This document shows positions 32,998-42,317 of a DNA stretch of 64,000 nucleotides, one piece after another (position 1 is the stretch's first letter; the number at the start of each line of letters is the position of its first letter). Under the pieces are notes generated by a model that was not told the DNA's origin, made no database searches, and saw nothing but the letters and a program-made list of their open reading frames with translations. Source of the stretch: Anaerolineales bacterium (lineage in GTDB: Bacteria > Chloroflexota > Anaerolineae > Anaerolineales > UBA11579); contig JBBDXR010000033.1 of NCBI GenBank assembly GCA_040902205.1, forward strand, positions 69,673 to 133,672, read 5' to 3'. The translations under genes were made by a program, and so were the position numbers.

Positions 32998-34740
32998 ATG
33001 ATCGAGATCAAAGCCCTGACCGTCAAATACACGGGGCGCAAGCGGCCCGTGTTGCGCGACCTTTCGCTGGAAGTGCGCAAAGGGGAGACGCTGCTCATCC
33101 TGGGCCCATCCGGCTCCGGCAAGAGCAGCCTGGCCCTGACGCTCAATGGGCTGATCCCCCACTCCATCGGCGAGGTGCTAGCCGGCAGCGTGCGCGTGGC
33201 CGGCCTGGATACGCAGCAGCATCCTGTTGCCGAATTGGCCCAGAAGGCCGGCATCCTCTTCCAGGACCCGGACGCCCAGTTTGCCACCCTGAAAGTCGAG
33301 GACGAGGTGGCTTTCGGGCTTGAGAACTTGGGTGTGGACCCGGCGGTGATGGATGCCCGCATCGAGCAGGCGCTCGCCCAGGTGGGCATGCCGGCCGCTC
33401 GCCGGCGCGCGGTGGCCGAGCTTTCCGGCGGCGAGAAACAGCGCGTGGCCCTGGCCGCGCTGCTGGCCATGCAGCCCGAGTTGCTGGTGTTCGATGAACC
33501 GACCGCCAACCTGGACTCGATGGGCACCCAGCAGGTGTTCGCCTTATTGGCGCAGTTCAAGGCGCGCGGGCAGCATACGCTGGTGCTTATCGAGCACAAG
33601 CTGGATGAGCTTATGCACTTGGTGGACCGCGTCGTAGTACTGGACGATGAAGGGCGCATCTTTGCTGATGGCGGCCCGCGCGAGCTGTTCGACGAGCATG
33701 GCGAGAAACTGCAGCGCCTGGGGGTGTGGATGCCGCAGGTGTGCGTGCTGGCTCACGCGCTGCGCGCCCGCGGCGTGCACATGCGCCCTTTCCCCATCAC
33801 CCTAGGGGAGACGGTAAAGGCGCTGGAGCCCGCCCTGACCGGCGCTTCAAGCAGGAACGGCCAACATCCGAACCGGAGCGGGCCTGCCGAGCGCGGCCTG
33901 GAACCCCCCGTCTTCGAAGTGCGAGATCTCTCGTTTAACTATGGGAGCCTGCCCGCCTTGCATGGCGCAGCGTTGCGCGTGGAGGCAGGCGACTTCCTGG
34001 CTATCGTGGGGCCGAATGGCGCCGGCAAGAGCACGCTGGCCAAGCACCTGATCGGGCTGATCAAGCCGCCCGCCGGCACCGTTTTTTTTGAAGGCCGCGA
34101 TCTAAATCAGATCCCGCCCAAGCTACTGGCAAGCCGCGCCGCTTACGTGTTCCAAAATCCCGAGCACCAGTTCGTTACCGAGAAGGTAGCCGATGAGGTG
34201 GCCTATGGCTTGCGCGTGACGGGGATGGCGGAAGAGGAAGCGAGCTCGCGTAGCGCCGACTTGCTGGAAATGTTCGGGCTGGCGCGCTATGCCAAAGCCA
34301 ACCCGTTCACCTTGAGCCATGGCGAAAAACGCCGCTTGAGCGTGGCGGCCATGCTGGCCATGGACCAGGGCGTGCTCATCCTGGATGAGCCCACCTTCGG
34401 ACAGGATGAGCGCAATGCCGCCACGCTGATGTCGCTGCTGCAGGCTTTGCGCGCCAAGGGCAAGACCATCGTGATGATCACGCACGACATGCGCCTGGTG
34501 GCGGAGTACGCCACCCGGGTGGCGGTGATGCTTAATGGCCGCGTGGTCTTCCACGGCGAGCCCGCCACCATGTTCGCCCAGACAGAGCTGATGGCCAGCG
34601 CACGTCTCAACCTGCCGCCGCTGGCGCGGCTGGCGGCCTTGCTTTCCACGCGCCGCCCCGAGTTAAGCGGCTGCGCCAAGTTGGAAGATTTCCTGCATCT
34701 TGAGTACCGCGTAGCCGGCCGGCAGGGTGTGGAGATCTAG
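32998..34740 (+). CDS. ECF transporter ATPase, fused tandem ABC domains (YkoD-like)
   Basis: 580-aa ORF with two Walker A motifs (GPSGSGKSS, GPNGAGKST), two signatures (LSGGEKQRV, LSHGEKRRL) and two Walker B motifs (LLVFDEPT, VLILDEPT). Confidence 0.9.
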   Translation: MIEIKALTVKYTGRKRPVLRDLSLEVRKGETLLILGPSGSGKSSLALTLNGLIPHSIGEVLAGSVRVAGLDTQQHPVAELAQKAGILFQDPDAQFATLKVEDEVAFGLENLGVDPAVMDARIEQALAQVGMPAARRRAVAELSGGEKQRVALAALLAMQPELLVFDEPTANLDSMGTQQVFALLAQFKARGQHTLVLIEHKLDELMHLVDRVVVLDDEGRIFADGGPRELFDEHGEKLQRLGVWMPQVCVLAHALRARGVHMRPFPITLGETVKALEPALTGASSRNGQHPNRSGPAERGLEPPVFEVRDLSFNYGSLPALHGAALRVEAGDFLAIVGPNGAGKSTLAKHLIGLIKPPAGTVFFEGRDLNQIPPKLLASRAAYVFQNPEHQFVTEKVADEVAYGLRVTGMAEEEASSRSADLLEMFGLARYAKANPFTLSHGEKRRLSVAAMLAMDQGVLILDEPTFGQDERNAATLMSLLQALRAKGKTIVMITHDMRLVAEYATRVAVMLNGRVVFHGEPATMFAQTELMASARLNLPPLARLAALLSTRRPELSGCAKLEDFLHLEYRVAGRQGVEI

Positions 34741-34743
34741 CCC

Positions 34744-35562
34744 ATGCGCACCATTTATTTCGAAGGTCACTCCTTCCTGCACCGTCTGAACCCGCTAAGC
34801 AAATTCTCCGTCAGCTTATTACTGTTTGGTTTCATGCTGTTGACCACCGATCCGTGGACGCCATTGGCTTTTTGCGTGCTCATCTTGGCGCTTATGGTAT
34901 CGCTGGGCGGCTTCAGCCTTAGGCGCTTGCTGGCCGTCCTGTGGCCCATGCTGCTGTTTGCGCTCGTGTTTTTCCTGCTGTATCCGTTTTTGGTACGCCA
35001 AAGCCTGGTGCAGGATACGCCGCTGCTTCTTGAGCTGGGACCCCTAAGGATGTACCAGGGCGGCCTGGCATACGGATTGGCCACTTCACTGCGCGTCCTG
35101 GCGCTGCTCATCCTTTCACTGCCGTTTTCGCTCACCACCGATTCGGCGGATTTCATCCGCTCCCTGGTGCAGCAATGGCGGCTGCCCTACCGCCTCGGCT
35201 ACAGCACCCTGGCCGCCTTCCGCTTCGTGCCCATGCTGCGCACGGAGCTCTCCGTGATCGGCGCGGCGCACCGCGTGCGCGGCGTGAACGGCGCCCATGG
35301 TCTGCGCGGCGCCGCCGAACGCATGCGGCGCTACGCCGTCCCCCTGCTGGCTAACGCCATTCGCCAGGCGGAACGCACCGCCCTGGCCATGGATGGGCGC
35401 GCCTTCGGCGCCTCTCCCCAGCGCACCTATTTCCAACGTATGCGTTTTTCTGCGGCCGACTGGGTTTTCATTTTTGGCATGCTGGGGCTTTCTGCCCTGC
35501 TCCTCTTAGGCCTTAATGCCCTTGGCCTCCTGGGGCCGCTGGCTTTCCTGCAAATCCTCTAA
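34744..35562 (+). CDS. ECF transporter T component (EcfT/CbiQ family)
   Basis: 272-aa polytopic ORF starting 3 nt after the ATPase stop. It carries the conserved coupling-helix region RSLVQQWRLPYRLGY..FRFVP...AHRVRG. Confidence 0.85.
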   Translation: MRTIYFEGHSFLHRLNPLSKFSVSLLLFGFMLLTTDPWTPLAFCVLILALMVSLGGFSLRRLLAVLWPMLLFALVFFLLYPFLVRQSLVQDTPLLLELGPLRMYQGGLAYGLATSLRVLALLILSLPFSLTTDSADFIRSLVQQWRLPYRLGYSTLAAFRFVPMLRTELSVIGAAHRVRGVNGAHGLRGAAERMRRYAVPLLANAIRQAERTALAMDGRAFGASPQRTYFQRMRFSAADWVFIFGMLGLSALLLLGLNALGLLGPLAFLQIL

Positions 35563-35642
35563 GCAGGTGAAAATAGGGTTCACCGGTTATCTTGTGGAAC
35601 CCTGCGAGTCCCCCTAAAATTGCACCTTGAGGTATTCGTCCT

Positions 35643-36188
35643 ATGGTATTTGAACAGACCTTGCCGGTTTTAACCGGACTCACGGACATGGAACGCGCTG
35701 CGGCCATTCGCGAGGCTTTCGATCGCGACCGCAAACAGATGGTATTGCTCTTGGCGCGGCAGCTCGGCGTGCCCGAAGTAGATGTGGTGCGCGCCATGCC
35801 CGACGAGATGCTGGACGAGCTCGACTTCCCTCGCTGGCAAGAGATCGTTCGGGCCTTCGAGACCCTCGGAGACGTGCACGTGATCGTCTCCAATGGGGCG
35901 ACCACCTTGGAATGCGTGGGCCAGTTCGGAAAATTCAGCACCTCGCAAGGGTTCTTCAATGTGCAGACCAAATCGTTGGATATGCACATCCGCGCCCAGG
36001 CCCTGGCCTCCGTGTTTGCGGTGCGCAAGCCCAGCCACACCGATGGCAAGGAAGCGCTAAGCTTCCAATTCTTCGACGCTCAAGGCAACGCAGCCTTCAA
36101 GGTGTTCCTGACCTTTGGCGGCAAGGACCCTTCATCGGAACGCCAGGCGCAATACAGCGCCATCATCGAACAGTTCCGCGTGAACTAA
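35643..36188 (+). CDS. ChuX/HutX-like heme-utilisation-family protein
   Basis: 181-aa ORF. GDVHVIVSNGATTLECVG, GFFNVQ..LDMHIRA and SFQFFDAQGNAAFKVFL parallel E. coli ChuX GNVTTLVHTADVILEFSG, GYFNLR..MSGHIKA and SILFFNKEGSAMLKIFL (from memory). Confidence 0.8.
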   Translation: MVFEQTLPVLTGLTDMERAAAIREAFDRDRKQMVLLLARQLGVPEVDVVRAMPDEMLDELDFPRWQEIVRAFETLGDVHVIVSNGATTLECVGQFGKFSTSQGFFNVQTKSLDMHIRAQALASVFAVRKPSHTDGKEALSFQFFDAQGNAAFKVFLTFGGKDPSSERQAQYSAIIEQFRVN

Positions 36189-36196
36189 TCATAAAA

Positions 36197-36224
36197 AGAG
36201 CGGCTGGCGCCGCTCTTTTCTTTT
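36197..36224 (+). terminator. rho-independent terminator after the chuX-like gene
   Basis: AGAGCGGC-TGGC-GCCGCTCT followed by TTTCTTTT. Confidence 0.75.
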
Positions 36225-36286
36225 ATCCACTACGCAGGGTTGGTTCGGTTTTCTGTCTTCTGTCAACTGTCTACTGGCAACTGATT

Positions 36287-36961
36287 TTATGGGCTGACCG
36301 TAGGCAGCTCGTCGCAGGTGCCGCCGTTCACGTTAAGGTCGGCTTCCTGCATCCAGCCGATGCCGGAGAGCCCAGTATTGCCGGCGCCAAGATCCACCTG
36401 CGCCCAACCGTTATTGGTCAGGCCGCTCACCGCCGCGAAGTCCTCGACGTTAAGCGTGGCGATCACATTGGACGTGGTGTTGGCGCCCGAGTAAACACTC
36501 ACGCTTTCCTGCGGCATGACGTAGCACAGGTCAGGCTCCGGTACCCAGGAAAGCTGCGGCGCATCCAGGCAGCTGCCGCTCAAGGAGACTTCGTCGAAGT
36601 GCACCCAGCGCAAACGGAAGACGCCGCTGTTGGCCGCCTGGGCGATGCCGGGGTCGAAGCCCACCCAGCCATCAAAGGTGCGCCCGGTGACCACAGCCGT
36701 AAAGCCCGATTCGACCTCAGAGAAGACCTGGGCTTCCGTGCTGGGCCGGTCGTACAGCACAGTCACATCGTCTGTCGTCAGTGTGCAGGTGCCGGCTTCA
36801 TCCGGCCAGGCAAAGGGGCTGGCCGCTGTCGCCGTGACCGAAGGCGTTGCAGTGGGCGCGGCCCCCGGGGTGCTGGTGGGTAGGTTGACATTGAAATTGA
36901 GATTGCAGGCCGTCAGGAAAGTCATCAGGCCTGCCAGAGCAAGATACAGGATTGTTTTCAT
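36287..36961 (-). CDS. secreted lipoprotein, unknown function
   Basis: Signal peptide with lipobox MKTILYLALAGLMTFLTAC. Duplicated ~90-aa module (two similar halves ending GW.QVD/GWVGFD), possibly SH3b-like. Confidence 0.65.
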   Translation of the reverse strand: MKTILYLALAGLMTFLTACNLNFNVNLPTSTPGAAPTATPSVTATAASPFAWPDEAGTCTLTTDDVTVLYDRPSTEAQVFSEVESGFTAVVTGRTFDGWVGFDPGIAQAANSGVFRLRWVHFDEVSLSGSCLDAPQLSWVPEPDLCYVMPQESVSVYSGANTTSNVIATLNVEDFAAVSGLTNNGWAQVDLGAGNTGLSGIGWMQEADLNVNGGTCDELPTVSP

Positions 36962-37019
36962 AGTTTCCTCGCTTAATAGCAGAATTGCTATGGCAAAGAA
37001 CGATTCGCCGCGAGGTTAG

Positions 37020-39056
37020 TTACTGCCTAATTAGCAGCCAGGCGAACAGATATTCGCCATCTGCCTCCTGGTAATAGATGCGAATCGGCGCCACGCGGAT
37101 GGCGGCCAGGCCGCTTGAGGCGATTTGCGCGGGGACCTGCACACGGTGGGTCTCGATACCGGCGGCTTGCCGGCTGGTTAATGTTTGCGAACCCAACTCA
37201 TTCCCATCGGCATCCAGGAAGGACAGCACGAAGGAGTCTCCGGCGCTTAGGCCCAGTTCCATGGCGCTGGCATGCATGGCGGCAGGGAAGGCCACTTGAA
37301 CAGCGCTTCCCCTTCCAGCGAAGGACACGCTGATTTCGACTCTCTCATTGATTGGGAGGGTGTCCAGTATTACGGTTTGCAGGCGCGGAAAACGTAAGCT
37401 GTCCGCAGCGCCCGGCGCCAACTCCTCGAAGCTGCGCGTATTCAGTTCCCAGATCGCCTGCCAGCGCTCGGCGGAAAACAACGGCCCTTGCGTCACCACC
37501 CGGATCTTCTGGTAATACGCGTCCAGCGCGGCATCATCCATGTGCGCCTGCGCCCCCGCTTCGAGCGCCAGGTAATCGGCCGGGATGATGCGCATGAAGT
37601 GCCCGCTGCGCCAATTGGGATCGTAGATGGGTGGCAGGCGCGCCAGCAAAGGGTCCGTGAGCGCCAGGCCGTGCGCTAGGTACACATCCGGCCCGGCGTA
37701 ATAGCCGGTGAAGCCATTGGCGCCCTGCGGCAGATACAGCTTGCCCTCGGCGTCTGCCTGGGCGCGCAGTTCGCGGCCCAGGTCGATCCAGTCGTGCTCG
37801 GCTTCCCAGCGAAAGGCCGTGCCGCGCAACAGCGAACGCACCAAGAAGGCCGCCTGGTTCAGCACGTTGTGCGACGCGTCGGCGTTGAAGGCGTGAAGGT
37901 CCTCGATGCGGATGAAGTTCGTAGTGTAGTACACCATGCGCTCATCCACCACGCCGTTCCAGCGCGCCACGTTGAAGCCCCTGGCATAGAGGAAATAGGG
38001 CGGCGAGCTTGCCAGCAGGCTGACCAGCAGGAGAGCGGGAACGAGCGCCCAGTGTTTCTTGAAGTTCAGCCTTGGCGCCAGGTAGACCATCAGCATGAGG
38101 GCCGCGGCTAAATAGGCTGTGGAAAGGAAACGGCCGCCCATAAAATCCCCGCCGATCTGCAGGGTGTAAAGCAGATACAGCAGGATGCCCGCCGCGATGG
38201 CCAGACCCTTGGCCTGCCGCTGCCAGGCCACCACGCCAATGGCCACGAGGATCACCAACCAGGTGATCGGGTCGTACAACAGGGTGAACCAGAAATAGTT
38301 AAGCCCCGCCCAAATCTCTTCCCCCAGCGGCACATAGTTGTAGATCTTGGCGTAGTACGTGTTCGGAAAGGGGAATCCGTAATAAATAATGGAAAATAGC
38401 TCCCAGGCGACCAGCGGCGCGAACCCAAGGGCGATCTGGCCGGCGGCGCGCCACCTGTCCTTATGCTGCCACCAGACCCAGGCCAGCGCCGGCAGATAAA
38501 ACAGAATCGTGTCCAGGCGGTTCACCGCCGCCAGCGCGGCCACCAGTGAGAGCCACACGAGCTTATTAGGCTGCTCATCCTCACGCAGGAAGAGCAGCAA
38601 GAAAAGGCCCAGCAGCAGATGGCTTAGCGGGTTCTCCAGGCCCGAGGTGGTGTAGTCGATGAAAGATGTTGAAATGCACAGCAGCAGCACCGTGCCTGTG
38701 CCAAGCCAGCGCGAGGCCGCCATCTTGTAGATGATCAGCCAGGCCAGCACCAGCGTCAGGCCGAGGCTGACCAAGATGGTGGTGAGATAGATCTCGCGGG
38801 TGAAGAAATAGAACGCGCTGAGCAGAAAGAGCCACAGCGGATGCGTGTAGCCCTGCACGCGCTCCTGCACATTCCACGTGAGGCCGTAGCCGTTGATGAA
38901 GTTATCGACGGTGCGGAAGGAAAAGTAGGCGTCGTCCGAGAACCAGGCGTGAGAGAGGACCAGCCACGCCACCCAGAGCAACGTGAAACCAATGGCGACA
39001 GCCAGCCAGAACCTGCGCTGGCGGAACCAAGGCTGAGCGCGTTTCGATCTTGCCAT
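37020..39056 (-). CDS. GT-C-fold polytopic membrane glycosyltransferase (arabinofuranosyl/ArnT-like)
   Basis: 678-aa ORF with ~12 N-terminal TM helices. First-loop acidic motif WFSDDAYFSFRTVDNF..G.TWNVQERVQGYTHPLW. Soluble C-terminal ~220 aa. Confidence 0.7.
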   Translation of the reverse strand: MARSKRAQPWFRQRRFWLAVAIGFTLLWVAWLVLSHAWFSDDAYFSFRTVDNFINGYGLTWNVQERVQGYTHPLWLFLLSAFYFFTREIYLTTILVSLGLTLVLAWLIIYKMAASRWLGTGTVLLLCISTSFIDYTTSGLENPLSHLLLGLFLLLFLREDEQPNKLVWLSLVAALAAVNRLDTILFYLPALAWVWWQHKDRWRAAGQIALGFAPLVAWELFSIIYYGFPFPNTYYAKIYNYVPLGEEIWAGLNYFWFTLLYDPITWLVILVAIGVVAWQRQAKGLAIAAGILLYLLYTLQIGGDFMGGRFLSTAYLAAALMLMVYLAPRLNFKKHWALVPALLLVSLLASSPPYFLYARGFNVARWNGVVDERMVYYTTNFIRIEDLHAFNADASHNVLNQAAFLVRSLLRGTAFRWEAEHDWIDLGRELRAQADAEGKLYLPQGANGFTGYYAGPDVYLAHGLALTDPLLARLPPIYDPNWRSGHFMRIIPADYLALEAGAQAHMDDAALDAYYQKIRVVTQGPLFSAERWQAIWELNTRSFEELAPGAADSLRFPRLQTVILDTLPINERVEISVSFAGRGSAVQVAFPAAMHASAMELGLSAGDSFVLSFLDADGNELGSQTLTSRQAAGIETHRVQVPAQIASSGLAAIRVAPIRIYYQEADGEYLFAWLLIRQ

Positions 39057-39070
39057 GCTTGAGGGTTAGT

Positions 39071-41125
39071 TTACTGCGAGTCACAATTGGCGAAGGCGCT
39101 TACCTGCGCGTAGGCTTCCTGTCCCGCGGCTGCGTCAGCCGCGTTGTTGGCAATCGATTGCCATACAGCGCACAGCAGGCCTTCATTGCGGGCGTGCATG
39201 GCGTGGATGCGCTGGCTGGTCTCCACCGCCAGCGGCCAGTCGCCAGTGAAGGCCTGCGCCTCCACCAACGGGAGCCATTCAATGCCGTAGTTGGGGCGCA
39301 GGCCCTGCTGTTCAGCTGCCGCCATCAGGTCCAGCACCTGCGCCCAATCTCCCTGCCAGCGCGCCAGGTCCGCCTTTTCGTAGTAATAGCACCAGCTGTG
39401 TTGCGGCTCCGCGCCGAAAATGTGGGCGGGCGGGTAGCCGTCGCCCTCGGGCACCGCCAGGGCATTGCCTGGATTGGAGTGCGCCACCAGCTCGCGGTTC
39501 TCCACAGGCAGGTAGTCATTATGTACGTCCAGCGGACTAAGCAACCACAGGCAGCCGCCCTCTGGCAGGAAATAAAAGACCAGATCTTCGGGCGAGCCCG
39601 TACTGAAGGTCAGGCCGCGGTAATCAGACTCCAATGGTTCGCCGTTTTGAATGCGGTTCACCGTTTGCGTGCGCGTCAGCTCGAAATTCCACAATCCAAC
39701 GGACAGTTCTTTTCCGGCCGTTGGGTACAAGACATTCAGCGCATTGCCCGTCATGGGGTCGCCCAGATAGGTGGACACCCGGTCGAAGGAGACCAGCGCG
39801 GTGTTCGGCTGCAAAGCCGGCGCCCGCCAGGAAAGCTGCCAGTAGAAATTGCGTTGCGCCTGCCAATCCAGGCGATACTCGTTGGCCGCATGGATGTGGC
39901 TCCCCAGGGCAAACGCCACCAGCAGGCTGACCAGCAGGATGCGCTGTGGCCGGCGCGGCACAAAAAGCACCAGCAGTGAGCCGACCACCAGCGAGGCGCC
40001 CAGCATGCCCACCAGGATGTAACGCAGGTTGTAGTCCCCTTGCGAAATGGTTTCGCCGATCGCCCACACCGGAAACATGCCCAGCAGGAAAGCTGCGAGG
40101 CCCAACGCGATCCCCTGCCGGGCGAACTTCCCGTCATCTGGCCCGGCTCCGGCTCGGGCTCGGCCCCTTGGCCGAGCCCAGGGCATAGCCCACAGGACCA
40201 CGAAGACCAGGCCGCCCGCGGCCAGCGAAATGGCCACGTCGATCAGCCCGAAGCCCGTGGACAGACTGGCGAACATCGGCTGGATCAATTCCGTCCACGC
40301 CTGGAAGAACGTGTATTGCATGTCGTTCAGCATGGTCAGTAGCAACTCGCTCACCGCCGCCAGAGGATCGGCGCGCAGCTCCGAGAGCAGCACCAGCGGA
40401 TACGGTTCCGCCGGCAGCTTGAGCAGGAACAGCCGCCAGATGAGCCAGGCGGCGAAGACCGTTAAATAGGGCGCCCAGATCTTGAGGATCTCTTGGAGCT
40501 CCGGTCGTTTGCGTCGCGCCTGGTTGGCCAGCAGGATCCATAAGTAGACCGGGCGCAGCAATTCCAGGCCGACGAAATATTCCACAGTGAACATGTGGAT
40601 GGCCGCGGTAGCGAGGGCCAGAATGGTGTAAGGGCGCCAGCGTCCCTTTTCCGTGACCGCCCGGCCCATGGCGCCCAGCGAAACCAGATACAAAACCAAC
40701 GCAGCCACGTGCGGGATGAAGATCACCGACGAGCTCTGCACGTAATAGCCCGGATAGATGGCGAACAACAGGCCGATGTACAGGATCTTCTTGGCGTGGT
40801 CCTTCCACAGCGGCTTTAGCGCCCAGGCCGCGGCCACCGCGCTGGCCCAGTAGAGCAGCAGGCTCGCTACTTGCCAGATCCAGGGCGCTGTGCCCAGGCG
40901 GCCCACCAGCCAGTAAGTCCACACCGAGAAGGGACGGTCGTAGGAAAAGTGATTGATCAGTTGGCCGACGCGATTGTTGAACGTGTAGAAGATGGTCGGC
41001 CAGTCATCCCAATAGAAGCCCAGAAAAGGGATAAACAGCCCAAACGCCATGATGCAGATAAATAGGAAGAGACCCGGCCCGACTCGGTTAGCGTTGGCCG
41101 CGGCGAACTTCCGTAGCGATAGCAT
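39071..41125 (-). CDS. GT-C-like polytopic membrane protein (putative glycosyltransferase)
   Basis: 684-aa ORF 14 nt upstream of the previous gene. First-loop motif FYWDDWP, many TM helices, soluble C-terminal ~270 aa. Confidence 0.6.
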   Translation of the reverse strand: MLSLRKFAAANANRVGPGLFLFICIMAFGLFIPFLGFYWDDWPTIFYTFNNRVGQLINHFSYDRPFSVWTYWLVGRLGTAPWIWQVASLLLYWASAVAAAWALKPLWKDHAKKILYIGLLFAIYPGYYVQSSSVIFIPHVAALVLYLVSLGAMGRAVTEKGRWRPYTILALATAAIHMFTVEYFVGLELLRPVYLWILLANQARRKRPELQEILKIWAPYLTVFAAWLIWRLFLLKLPAEPYPLVLLSELRADPLAAVSELLLTMLNDMQYTFFQAWTELIQPMFASLSTGFGLIDVAISLAAGGLVFVVLWAMPWARPRGRARAGAGPDDGKFARQGIALGLAAFLLGMFPVWAIGETISQGDYNLRYILVGMLGASLVVGSLLVLFVPRRPQRILLVSLLVAFALGSHIHAANEYRLDWQAQRNFYWQLSWRAPALQPNTALVSFDRVSTYLGDPMTGNALNVLYPTAGKELSVGLWNFELTRTQTVNRIQNGEPLESDYRGLTFSTGSPEDLVFYFLPEGGCLWLLSPLDVHNDYLPVENRELVAHSNPGNALAVPEGDGYPPAHIFGAEPQHSWCYYYEKADLARWQGDWAQVLDLMAAAEQQGLRPNYGIEWLPLVEAQAFTGDWPLAVETSQRIHAMHARNEGLLCAVWQSIANNAADAAAGQEAYAQVSAFANCDSQ

Positions 41126-41137
41126 TAAATATCCCTT

Positions 41138-41207
41138 ATGTCATTTCGAGCGAGGCGGTCGCCTTCCCTGTCATTTCGAGTGAGCCCGAAGGGCGACGAG
41201 AAATTCC
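41138..41207 (+). repeat. two tandem repeat family A copies
   Basis: TGTCATTTCGAGCGAGGCGGTCGCCTTCCC (41138-41167) and TGTCATTTCGAGTGAGCCCGAAGGGCGACGAGAAATTCC (41168-41206). Confidence 0.75.
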
Positions 41208-41279
41208 TGTAACGACCCTTTCTCTCGTGAATTGACTGGGAAAGCAGGTGATTATGAAGCAGCGCCATTGCGGAACGCC

Positions 41280-41993
41280 TTAGGACTCACCTTCCTTGAT
41301 CCAATCCAGGTGCGCGGCGATCAGATCGGCGAAGAACTGGTACTGGTCAACGTCACCCTCGGCCGGGCCAGTGAGGAAGATGTACAGATTGCGATACACG
41401 ATCTCCACGCCCACGGCGCCATCCGCCGTCTGCCACACCAGCTGCTCCGCATCCAGGCCGGCGATCTCCGGCAGCCGCGTCAGCTGGCCGCTATCGATTG
41501 CCGCCCATACGTCCTGGTGCCATTCGCGGCTCAACACCAACTGGGCCCCTTCGGCCGTCTGGTAAATATTGACCACGTTCACGATGTAGGGCGGCGATTC
41601 GCCTTCGGCTTCGCGGTTGAACTGGATGCGCCAGCCGGTCAGCCGGCCGGTGGCCGCAATGTAGGCGTCGCCGTCCGCCCGCGCCTGCAGCAGGTCCATA
41701 TTCGTCGAGGCACTCCCGTCATCGGCGGCCGCATACTGGCCCGCCAGTTCCTCTTCCGTCAGCAGGAAATCGTCAGGCTGGCCGGTGAAGACGCCATTCT
41801 CCATAGGGAACGGCGTGGGCGAAGGTTCTGCGGTCGCCGCGGGCAGCTCGGTGGCCGTGGGAGCTGCCGTAACTGCGGGCGCCTGGGTGTCGGCCGGCTC
41901 CACGTCAAGCGGCGCCGCGGCCGGGGGTTGCTTTGGCGCAGCGCAGGCATTTAGCAGAAGCAAGGCCGCGATGAAAATGAAAGGCGATTTCAT
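41280..41993 (-). CDS. secreted lipoprotein, unknown function
   Basis: ATG at 41993 with AAGGAG 5 nt upstream. Lipobox FIAALLLLNAC and a Pro/Ala/Thr-rich linker. Confidence 0.65.
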   Translation of the reverse strand: MKSPFIFIAALLLLNACAAPKQPPAAAPLDVEPADTQAPAVTAAPTATELPAATAEPSPTPFPMENGVFTGQPDDFLLTEEELAGQYAAADDGSASTNMDLLQARADGDAYIAATGRLTGWRIQFNREAEGESPPYIVNVVNIYQTAEGAQLVLSREWHQDVWAAIDSGQLTRLPEIAGLDAEQLVWQTADGAVGVEIVYRNLYIFLTGPAEGDVDQYQFFADLIAAHLDWIKEGES

Positions 41994-42093
41994 AACCACT
42001 CCTTGAGATAGGGAGGAGACGGTTTTATTATCCCCCGTTTTACCTGAATGGCAGGCCTTTCCAAGTGCGAGATTCGGTCCTTTGTAGGTTTTC

Positions 42094-42111
42094 AGTCGGG
42101 GCGAGAATTTG
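42094..42111 (-). repeat. partial direct copy of the tRNA-Pro 3' end (att-like)
   Basis: AGTCGGGGCGAGA (42094-42106) is identical to 47153-47165. The next ATTTG equals 47168-47172, so 18 of 20 positions match with a 2-nt deletion. Confidence 0.55.
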
Positions 42112-42317
42112 GCAGCTGTTCACGGGTTATGGACTTCTGCCCACCGTGTTGCCCCAATTCCAACGAGCCCGCGGCACAAGCCGGATCGTCTTCGGCGTTG
42201 TCTTCCTTTTTTTTTTGCTTGACTATGACGGCTTTGTTCTATAAAACGTAAGCCCTTCTGTGGCCAACCGCTAACCCGGAGTTCAAGCGGCCAACGCCGA
42301 AGGATACACAATGAAAC

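Noticed and set aside
36223-36231. Near-consensus DnaA box TTATCCACT (8/9) after the chuX-like gene.
   Set aside because: It is a single isolated copy inside the T-tract region of a terminator, ~5 kb from dnaA. It is not part of a box cluster or an AT-rich unwinding region.
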